Positions 1 through 8,665 of a DNA stretch of 64,000 bases are shown here, one piece after another. The notes beneath the pieces were generated by a model. That model had not been told where the DNA came from, did not search any database, and saw only the letters and a list, made by a program, of their open reading frames with translations. Every line of letters starts with the position of its first letter. Within the stretch, counting starts at the first letter, position 1. The DNA comes from Elsinoe ampelina. Lineage: Eukaryota. Where the stretch lies: contig ML992504.1 in NCBI GenBank assembly GCA_010093995.1, positions 1,492,360 to 1,556,359 of the forward strand, in the 5' to 3' direction. The translations under genes and the position numbers were made by a program.

Positions 1-200
1 TAAGCTATATATACTATAAGCCTCTATATAGTAAGTAAAGAGCTAGGTAGGGGAGAATAATAGAGTTTTACTAGTAAACCTACTAGGCTAGATCTAGCAT
101 TTCTTACTATAAATCTTATATTACTAGATAGAGCTCTTTTAGACGAATCTAACGATATATAAATCTTCTATATCTAGTGCCTAATTAGCGTACTATCGCT
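1..200. mobile_element. RIP-degraded repeat/transposon relic (edge of an AT-rich block)
   Basis: Very AT-rich, saturated with TpA (tag/cta/tata) and depleted of CpA/TpG, no ORF; abrupt change to normal composition near 200. This is the signature of repeat-induced point mutation. Confidence 0.7.
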
Positions 201-605
201 AATATAAAACCGGGTAGCAAATCCCCCCCCGGGCCCCCCCCCTCCGCAAAAAGTCGTGAGACCTTTTTTTGGTTCCGCGCCAAGGCTGGGGTGGCCGGCT
301 TGAATCCGAAACAGCTGTACTGCGCCTCCGTAAAAGTTCGTATACACTGGCAATAGTCATATAGACAAGATGGATAGCTTCTTCATTCAACGGTCGCCGG
401 GACGCCACCGACTCAGCCTGGCAGGCCTAACCTCAAACCAAAGTGACTCAGCTGAGATGCTGCGCCGCTGTTCATCTCCATTCAACCATGGATAGCATAT
501 AAACAGCCGGCACCCGTCCCAGCGCCGGCTTCCTTTGATACTATCACGAGAAAAAGACATCCGACGAACAAGACTTCGGCAGTCTTGTGTAGCTTCGGTG
601 GCAAT

Positions 606-3600
606 ATGGCTGTAATCAAGCTTGACACGTACCGCATCCAAGATCTGGAGCGGGAACGGGTCAAGGAGCTGGTCACTTACCTCAATGATTTGCGGGCCAG
701 CGTCCGAGGCAATCACACTGCCATCCTTCGGTCATTAATCGAAGCCTGCGAACAAGATCTGATTACATCACATACCTTCAGCATTTTCATTCCCTGGGCA
801 AAGTCTCCTGATGTCCTCGCTGTATGCTTGAAGCATGAATCGGAAACATCCATACGGCAAGCGGCTATTAAGGAACTCGGCAAACAGCTCAGGCGACCAC
901 AGAGATTCGACTGGGAAAGCGCCTGGAGGGCTCTGGGAGAAACCGAAGGATTGGTGAAGATATTTGGTAGGACCTCTGTGATTGACATCAAGTACTTGGC
1001 AGCCAGCATTGGACGAAGCGGTGCCGGCAAGCGGAATGATAGACGAGAGCAATGTGTCGAGGATCTGTTGCGGGCTTTACTTCCAGATGTCTACACTGCC
1101 AGCAAAATACGGAGCAAGGAGATGCGCCCAGTCCAGCATCACTACGCAAGAATGCTAGGCGCCTGCTCACAGAGCTTCGTCAACGACATCCTGAACGCTC
1201 GCAACGACACCAATCCTTTGTACCGACAGCGTGACATGAGGAGACTGCTAAAGAGCCATCGGACGCTACTGAGGGAACGAGCTATTAACCATCTCTTCAG
1301 CAAGGGTCCGGAGGATCAAGACGTTCCGCAGTACCTTCAAGAATTCCTGCAGGGTGACAGAGACTTCGCACTCATGGCACTGCAAGGACGTCTTGACGGC
1401 ACGGTCACAGATCAACGGTGGGGTAGGAACGCAGAACTAGATGTATTGATACCCATCATCAAACGCCTTTCCAGATACCGGCGAGCTCCTGTCGAGCAGA
1501 AGCGTCAGGTTCACGATCTGGTCAAGCTGGGCCTGGACCTACTGTGGACGGACAAAAGCCGGACAAAGGCTGGATCTAAGGACCTTTGGGCGATGACGTT
1601 CTCACGTTGGCAGGTCAAGCCGGATGAGTATGAAGATGTATTGAGACTTGGCTTCAAACTAGGACTTGCCAAACTACCACACCAGGATTTTGGTAGCTAC
1701 TCAGCGGTACTACGGCGTCTGGATGCAGCTCCCAGAAAGCGATTACTGCAACTCTGCTACCTCGATATCCCGGACAAGGGATTGGATCTGTTCTCCGCCG
1801 AGGACTACTCGGCCTTCGTCAATGAGATCTGGCCTTTAGACCTGATCCGTCTGTTGACCAAAGACGACCAGATCCGACTATTGAGGAAGCTGTCTCAATT
1901 AAACCCAGAATACAGCTTTCTGCAGACGTCGAATGCCAATTCCATAATTCCTGACCGCAAGGCTGGATCGAGCAAGAATTTCAATGTCGACTTGTGCCTG
2001 ACAATGCTTCAGCGTGATGATCAGAAGGTACAAGAGGATGCTCGACAGGCGATCGACAGATTCCGCAAGAAGGCTGCCACATCTAGGGAGCCGGCTGATA
2101 GAGCCAAATTCGCGAAAGCAGCAGCAGCTTGTGCTATCGCCACCGGGAATCTGGACACCTACGGCGAGACGGTCACATGGCAACAACGTTTTGTTAGGGA
2201 TCCTCTCGCGGTAAAGACGCTTTTCAGTCGGAACGTCGTTCATACTGAGGAGGGTGTCGAGCTTCTGACTGGAATCGACGAAATTGAGAGACTATCTTCA
2301 ATCTCAAAGGGTGACACCACACTACTACCAGAGGTAGTGGCACATGGGATCGACAAAGCGGATGCCATGCTCAGAACCTTCCAAGAGTCGTACCTGACTG
2401 CGAAGCTGGAGCCGTCATTCCAAGAGTATGATTGGACCCACGTCAAAGCCTTATTTGCTACGGTCTTCAGTGCACGTGTGCTACGTGCTGAGATCACACA
2501 AAAACGTTTCGCTGTCCCACAAAGCAAAGTCTTTCTGGTAGTGTGGAGAGCCTGGCTAGCATCGCTTGAGTGGCTGGACAGCCAATTCCTCTCAAACCTC
2601 ACGGTACCAATCCATGGCTTGCTTGGCAGGTTGACGCCTACTATGCTCGCCGACTGTACGAGATCGTTGCTCACCCTTGGCACCGAGAGCCGAAAGAGGC
2701 GGGAGGCTGAGGGTAGAAAGAAGGCAGGCTCGACAGATGATATTCTTGAGCAACTCTCGTACTATGCTCTGTCACGGTTGGCAAGTAGCGACAGGCCTGC
2801 CCTTGCATCGCCACTGATTCTGCAAACAATTCTCGATCGGCCAGATGCCAGTTCGTGGCACAGGATCTTGCTGTCAATCGGGTTCTTGAAACGACTACAA
2901 GCTGCAGAGGCCCACGATTTGCTGCTCAAGCTAGCGCTGGGGATTGGTGAGAAGCTGGAAGAGCAATCCTACGTGAGAGTAGGGGAGGTGGAAGTGCCAA
3001 AGCACGTACCGTCGCAGCCTGCTGTCAAAGTCACGACAGTGAAATATCTGGCTCAGCTTCTGAACGACGCTGATTTTCTGCCTAACGATGCGGCCGTCGA
3101 AATATTGATCGAACTCTTCAGAGCGGCACAGCATAGAGACATTCGTCTCGCAGCACTCGATAGTCTTCTGAGCCTACTGGACAGCCTCTGCAGTGGGACA
3201 CAGGATCAGTTGAAGACGAACCCGGCCGTGCTTGATATCATGGACGCCTTGGGGACGATCGTACCAGTGGCTGGCAGTATCAATGAGCGGAAACCATTGC
3301 AGGACACAGATTGGACGGAGGCGGAGGCAACGTCAATCCTACCAGAGCTCTCCGATCTCGGCTCAGACGACTTGCCTCCTTTGATGGCGGCGCTCGTTAG
3401 TGCTATCAACGGCACATCCCACCGTGGTCTTAAGAAGCTGGAGGACAGCTATGTGCAGGATCTGATCATTCCTGTGTTGGAGAGATGCCAGAAGGAACAT
3501 ACCAAATGGATCGATATGTTCCTTGCCAAACACGAAGCTACGACCTTGAGAGATGACGTTCCGGAGACCCCACTCGCACCTCGTCTCTGGACGGTCATAC

Positions 3601-4526
3601 TACGCAACCATTATCTCGCCATTCCCAAGAAGCATCTCGAAGCATTCAGCAAGTATGCTTTGCACTGCATCAAGCCAGCGGCAGCAGTCAAAGCGTTCAA
3701 CGCAAGGCTACGGACGGATTTAGAGCTTCGAAAGAATCCAGAGGTTCAGCACTGGCTAAAGATCTATGACCGAAGTCCGGTTGGATTCTTCGCCTCGGAG
3801 ACCAACACGCTGCTGGTAGTCTTGCATCAAGTACGAAATCTGCCGGACGAACGTGTCATATTGCTCGACATGATCATGCAGCACGCAGAACTCTATCTCG
3901 AGGACTACGAAAAATCTCCGGATACCTGGGACACTTTCTTGACATATCTTGCGCCGTCTGCCAGCTTCATCAGCGATCCGGGCCAGTTCGAGGAATACTC
4001 CAATACTCGTCGGCACCTGACCGAGCAGTTCGTCAAGCTGGTCAAGAAGAGACGACAATCAGGCCAGCGTCTCGTTCTACCTACATCGACCAAGACAGAA
4101 TTCTGGCTCCTCCACACCTTGACCTGGTACAAAGACGACGACAACTGCGAGGCTTTTACTATGAGGCTTGAAAATACCCTGAGACACATGCTACAAGAGG
4201 ACGATACGACCATCCTACGCTGGCGCAAGATCGCACGCGAAGCATGCGAGGTGATTTCGGCGGTTCTCCGCACGGATGAGGAGCGATTGAGGGTCGCGAA
4301 CCATCTTGGCAAGCTCGAGCGGCGCGAACAAACCAAGGGAGAGAGTCGTCAAGACAGTTTGACAGTCGATCTGGTGAAATTGGGAGTGGCTCTGAAACTT
4401 ATCGAGCAGTGCAAGGACAAGAAGCAGGCTAATGAGCTGATGAAGGATCGCGTGGAGGAGTGGCAGAACCATGATTCTGATGCTGTAAGGGCGAGGGTAT
4501 TTCACTGGCAGAAGAAGCGATCATGA
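606..4526 (+). CDS. Large intronless hypothetical protein (~1306 aa), Leu/Ala-rich, probably alpha-solenoid
   Basis: Uninterrupted ORF 585..4526; first ATG at 606 (MAVIKLD). Helical repeat-like segments such as DIRLAALDSLLSLLDSL; no motif I can name. Confidence 0.8.
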   Translation: MAVIKLDTYRIQDLERERVKELVTYLNDLRASVRGNHTAILRSLIEACEQDLITSHTFSIFIPWAKSPDVLAVCLKHESETSIRQAAIKELGKQLRRPQRFDWESAWRALGETEGLVKIFGRTSVIDIKYLAASIGRSGAGKRNDRREQCVEDLLRALLPDVYTASKIRSKEMRPVQHHYARMLGACSQSFVNDILNARNDTNPLYRQRDMRRLLKSHRTLLRERAINHLFSKGPEDQDVPQYLQEFLQGDRDFALMALQGRLDGTVTDQRWGRNAELDVLIPIIKRLSRYRRAPVEQKRQVHDLVKLGLDLLWTDKSRTKAGSKDLWAMTFSRWQVKPDEYEDVLRLGFKLGLAKLPHQDFGSYSAVLRRLDAAPRKRLLQLCYLDIPDKGLDLFSAEDYSAFVNEIWPLDLIRLLTKDDQIRLLRKLSQLNPEYSFLQTSNANSIIPDRKAGSSKNFNVDLCLTMLQRDDQKVQEDARQAIDRFRKKAATSREPADRAKFAKAAAACAIATGNLDTYGETVTWQQRFVRDPLAVKTLFSRNVVHTEEGVELLTGIDEIERLSSISKGDTTLLPEVVAHGIDKADAMLRTFQESYLTAKLEPSFQEYDWTHVKALFATVFSARVLRAEITQKRFAVPQSKVFLVVWRAWLASLEWLDSQFLSNLTVPIHGLLGRLTPTMLADCTRSLLTLGTESRKRREAEGRKKAGSTDDILEQLSYYALSRLASSDRPALASPLILQTILDRPDASSWHRILLSIGFLKRLQAAEAHDLLLKLALGIGEKLEEQSYVRVGEVEVPKHVPSQPAVKVTTVKYLAQLLNDADFLPNDAAVEILIELFRAAQHRDIRLAALDSLLSLLDSLCSGTQDQLKTNPAVLDIMDALGTIVPVAGSINERKPLQDTDWTEAEATSILPELSDLGSDDLPPLMAALVSAINGTSHRGLKKLEDSYVQDLIIPVLERCQKEHTKWIDMFLAKHEATTLRDDVPETPLAPRLWTVILRNHYLAIPKKHLEAFSKYALHCIKPAAAVKAFNARLRTDLELRKNPEVQHWLKIYDRSPVGFFASETNTLLVVLHQVRNLPDERVILLDMIMQHAELYLEDYEKSPDTWDTFLTYLAPSASFISDPGQFEEYSNTRRHLTEQFVKLVKKRRQSGQRLVLPTSTKTEFWLLHTLTWYKDDDNCEAFTMRLENTLRHMLQEDDTTILRWRKIAREACEVISAVLRTDEERLRVANHLGKLERREQTKGESRQDSLTVDLVKLGVALKLIEQCKDKKQANELMKDRVEEWQNHDSDAVRARVFHWQKKRS

Positions 4527-4935
4527 TGTCGGTTGTACGTATGGATATGATTAATCGGCGGCTGTTCGATGCGATTGGTCGTTAGAGTAGAGAGAGTATG
4601 ATCACGTGATGAAATTGGATTTCGACTTCTGACTTCTGACTCCCGACCAGCGGCTAAATGCCATTCTCTGCACTCGGTTCAGTCAGTCCTCTTCAGATAC
4701 CCAACGTACCGTGTGATTCCTCACTTTCGGCCTTGCCAGATTGTCTCAAATCCATCAAAGCTCGCCGCGGTGCCTCCCGGTTCCTTATTGGCTGGGCCAT
4801 CAGCCGCAATGCACGCGGTGAGATGTGGCGCATCCAACAGACACGGGAACACGACAAACCGCTGATTTGCCTTGATGTCTTCAACACTCATCACAGGATG
4901 CTCAAAGGATTCATCCCAGCATCTCCGATGTTTAC

Positions 4936-7900
4936 ATGGCTCGGGCGTTGCGCTTCGAGGATTACACGATAGCATGGATAGCAGTCCTGCGGATCGAAGC
5001 ACAAGCGGCTGTTCGGGTGCTGGATGTGTTACATGAAGGCCAGTTCCCCTTGTCTCCTAACGATGACTACATCTTCATCGGTGGCGAAATCAACAACCAC
5101 AATGTAGTTATCGCAACCTTTCCTAAGGGACAGACAAACGGCACCAACTCCGCTGCGGCTTTAGCAGGACATATCAAGGCACGCTTCCCGAATCTGTGGT
5201 TTTCATTGCTGGTAGGAGTCGCGGCTGGGGTACCTAATTTGCAGGCCTCGGATCCAACTCAGCGACGAGACATTCGGCTCGGAGACGTATTAGTGTGCGT
5301 GCCTGAAAGGAATAGCACAGGCGTAATCCAATACGATCAAGGAGTCTATGTTTCGAGCGACCAAGGTGCTGGTTTCGTATTGAAAGGCAGACAAGCTGAG
5401 ACGATTGCTGTTGTTCGCAGCGCCATAGGATATATTAGTCTCACAAAGAGGAATCCTTTCAAGCATGGTCAGCCCTTTGCCACCTGGTTAGAGGAAGTAC
5501 AAGCCGATCATGAAGATAGCTTGTTCGACTGTCCACCTCAAGTGGAAGATGTCCTGTACTGCACACGAGAGGAAGGTGCCCACGCTTCGACAAGGTTCCC
5601 TTTGGATCGAAAGCCCCGACCTCCTGACCACAGAACTAGGGTCTGGTATGGTAAGATTGGATCCGGCAACGGTCTTATCATAAGTGCGAGAAAGCGAGAT
5701 ATGCTCAGAGATGAACACGACATCATAGGCTTGGAGATGGAGGCAGCTGGAGTCATGAATGTCCTACAAGCTGGCGTGATACGCGGCGTATGTGACTATG
5801 CCGACGGTCAGAAGGATAAAAGATGGCAGCCATATGCAGCTGCGGTAGCTGCGGTCTATGCAAAGGGAATCCTATCAAGCATTGATCGGCGGAACGAAGA
5901 GAGAGTGACTAAGGTCTCTACCATCGTCCTGAGCTCCAAGCGCAGCAAGTCTGCTACACGAGATCGGTCGCAAAGTGCATCGAAGAGATCAAGAAGCAGA
6001 AGTGCTGGACGGCGGGTGACATTCGCTGAGGAGAACACTTACTATCAGCTATCGCCTACCGACTCCGCTATTGATGCTTTGGACAGATCGATCAACTCCG
6101 CTAGCTTGGAGTCCGAGCAAGCAGATCACAATGACTATTTCGCCAGTCATCACGATCGGACCGGCAAAGTTGGCGCATCCTCGATGTTCGCAGATCCGCT
6201 AGAGAATACAGACCACGATTCGATTGCCTCGGCCAGACCTTTCAAGCTGGATAACGTCACAGTCATTCATCATCCACTGAATGGACTACCGGACTCAGGT
6301 CGGCGTCCTGGTAGCCAGACTCTGGCTCATTGGTGCGAGACAGAGTCGCCGGCGCTCATGTCGGCCTGCTCCGGCATCTGCGACTCTCTCAACCATCTTG
6401 CTCTGAACATCGACACAGTAGAGACCGCAGCGGGCCTCTTATCTGGCCTCGCAAATGACCTACTTCTCATCCTTCACGATATTGAAGCCATAGCAAAGCG
6501 AAGAACGATCGAGAGGCGGGACGACCCTTCTGTCAGGAAACTCAATGCACCAGATCGGCTATTCACGAACTCCCAGATATGCAGCCAGGTACTTCCACAG
6601 ATGGGGAGAGCTATTGAAAGCATGGTCGCTGAAGACTGTCACCAAATTTGGCTTCAGCACACGGTGGATGCTCTAAGTGATGTGGGTCGAGATCAGACGC
6701 TGTGGTATTTGCGACATTGCCTCGAGGTCATGCTAGGTCTGATGCAAAGCGCATTGGATGGGTTACAGTCGACTTACTACCAGACATCTGTGGCCATACC
6801 ATACCAGGATCAACAGCGCCAGCTTTCCCCTGATTCGGAGCCACGAGTAGCGATCAGTGCGCCTGTCAGACAGCCCTCGCCGTCCTACCTTTCCTCGACG
6901 TTGCCTGCTGTGCACAAGCGTAGGGCGAGATCGTCAAATGTCATGACTTCGGAATCGGCAGAGATTCGGCTGGGGGCCGTAAGACAGATCCTGGCGCCTC
7001 GAACACCCGAGAAGCCAGCAAGTCTGTACGACGAGCAGTGGCCACCTTCCAATAACCCTCATGTCCCAGATCTGCCCGGTAATTCTTGGGCGAAAGGCTC
7101 AGAGGCGCCCGCAGAGGCTCAGTCTGACAGGACGAGCGGCGAACCTGCTTACGCAGCTCAGCATCCGCCCACTACTTCCTCGCAGGATTGGATGCAATAT
7201 TATGCAGATGCGCAACAAACGATCGACCAAGCTTCAGCCTCTGCATCCCACGGATTCGACAATCCCTACTCCCCCCGTAGTCAATCAGCAATTTTCGGCC
7301 CAGTTCAAGCAATGCATAGCGGCTCACTGCATTATGATCCCACAATGATGGCTTGGCGGCGAAAGTCGACCAGAGGCCCGCCACTGAGCCCCCAATGGGG
7401 AAGCACACCGCTGGCTAGCTCTCCTACCGCACCAACTCAGGTTGCCACTAAAGAATTACAGCCGTATCAACCTCGGGTGTATCAGGCGTACAGGCCACCA
7501 GCACATGTGGACGCTTCCTCGCTTTACCCTGTTGAATCTTCCCTACCAACCGCTTCTCGTCCTTCGCCGCTCGTGAATCTGGAAACTCCAAGCTTCCCAC
7601 AAGACAACGACAGAGCTCGCCACAACAGCATAGTCACTGCCAGGTGGTCCTCGACCCAGATCCTCCAGCCGTTGCAAAATCTGCGACATGTCCTCGAAAG
7701 CACCTTGAAGTCTTCCATCGCAAAAGACTGGCATGCAGATTGTCTATCGAAAACGCTTCTAGCATCAGTCATCTCACTATGCACACTAATCGAGACATTT
7801 CGATCCGTCATGCTGACCTTGGAGCGCCAGAAGTGGCGCTGGACCTGGGACGAATCGGCTCTGCAGCTAGTGTTACAAGAGATGAATGCCCGCACAACCA

Positions 7901-8385
7901 AGCTCATGGGCTGGGATGTGGATGTCCGGGAATTAGCGACAGACAGGAGCAGCCCAGAATGGCTCGGTCGACCGCGCGAGGAAGCTGTCTTGGACATGAT
8001 GAAAGGTGTGCAATTGCCAATCATCACGGAGCTGGAACATCTTCTGGCCGATACGAAGAACCAGATTCACACAGCCATGAATATCTTCGACGTCACGCAA
8101 GAAGAACGTGCGGGTGGCATGGATGAGCTGGTGCAGGCTGTCGCTACACTTGGCTTCGGCGAAGACCAAGCTAGAGAAGCGCTGAGGTTCACGAGATCCG
8201 CAGACGGCTATCATATGGACAAAGCGGTGAAGTTCCTGGCGGGAATGTCGAAGAGGGGTCTGAGTCTGATTGAGGAAGGGAAGGCGGTTTTGAGGCAGAA
8301 GCAGGATCGCTTGCCGGTGGGGCAGGGCGTCATGATGTATGCCAGTCTGGCGGAGGCGACTGGCGGGTTGAGACCGCCTGATTGA
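4936..8385 (+). CDS. PNP_UDP_1 (nucleoside phosphorylase) domain protein with helical domains and a C-terminal UBA-like domain
   Basis: N-terminal ~320 aa carries fungal PNP_UDP motifs: YTIAWIAVL.IE, LLVGVAAGVP, DIRLGDVLV, YGKIGSGN, GLEMEAAG, IRGVCDYAD, WQPYAAAVAAVYAK. C-terminus LVQAVATLGFGEDQAREAL...MDKAVKFL resembles UBA. Confidence 0.85.
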   Translation: MARALRFEDYTIAWIAVLRIEAQAAVRVLDVLHEGQFPLSPNDDYIFIGGEINNHNVVIATFPKGQTNGTNSAAALAGHIKARFPNLWFSLLVGVAAGVPNLQASDPTQRRDIRLGDVLVCVPERNSTGVIQYDQGVYVSSDQGAGFVLKGRQAETIAVVRSAIGYISLTKRNPFKHGQPFATWLEEVQADHEDSLFDCPPQVEDVLYCTREEGAHASTRFPLDRKPRPPDHRTRVWYGKIGSGNGLIISARKRDMLRDEHDIIGLEMEAAGVMNVLQAGVIRGVCDYADGQKDKRWQPYAAAVAAVYAKGILSSIDRRNEERVTKVSTIVLSSKRSKSATRDRSQSASKRSRSRSAGRRVTFAEENTYYQLSPTDSAIDALDRSINSASLESEQADHNDYFASHHDRTGKVGASSMFADPLENTDHDSIASARPFKLDNVTVIHHPLNGLPDSGRRPGSQTLAHWCETESPALMSACSGICDSLNHLALNIDTVETAAGLLSGLANDLLLILHDIEAIAKRRTIERRDDPSVRKLNAPDRLFTNSQICSQVLPQMGRAIESMVAEDCHQIWLQHTVDALSDVGRDQTLWYLRHCLEVMLGLMQSALDGLQSTYYQTSVAIPYQDQQRQLSPDSEPRVAISAPVRQPSPSYLSSTLPAVHKRRARSSNVMTSESAEIRLGAVRQILAPRTPEKPASLYDEQWPPSNNPHVPDLPGNSWAKGSEAPAEAQSDRTSGEPAYAAQHPPTTSSQDWMQYYADAQQTIDQASASASHGFDNPYSPRSQSAIFGPVQAMHSGSLHYDPTMMAWRRKSTRGPPLSPQWGSTPLASSPTAPTQVATKELQPYQPRVYQAYRPPAHVDASSLYPVESSLPTASRPSPLVNLETPSFPQDNDRARHNSIVTARWSSTQILQPLQNLRHVLESTLKSSIAKDWHADCLSKTLLASVISLCTLIETFRSVMLTLERQKWRWTWDESALQLVLQEMNARTTKLMGWDVDVRELATDRSSPEWLGRPREEAVLDMMKGVQLPIITELEHLLADTKNQIHTAMNIFDVTQEERAGGMDELVQAVATLGFGEDQAREALRFTRSADGYHMDKAVKFLAGMSKRGLSLIEEGKAVLRQKQDRLPVGQGVMMYASLAEATGGLRPPD

Positions 8386-8665
8386 GACACAAGATCGCTC
8401 AGTATATAGAATTACTGTCCTAATGATGCGAAACGACCAGCCGGCGGTTTCTTCATCGATATGCAGGGCAATATCGGTGGGTAGATCTCATTGGCCACAT
8501 GCTCAGCCGCAGATGCGCCTTAGGAAGGCAAGAGTGGGGTGGCCCTCCAACCTCCCTCATCTTCTCTTCCACTTCCTACCTCTCATATTACATTGTTGCA
8601 CAAGAGTATAGCAATGCGACATCCTTAAGCCATGGCGGAGATCCGCCGAGACTACCGACCAAGCC

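Noticed and set aside
200..300. C-run/G-run stretch at the edge of the RIP block as a transposon or Starship terminus
   Set aside because: No partner repeat or target-site duplication is visible within the window.
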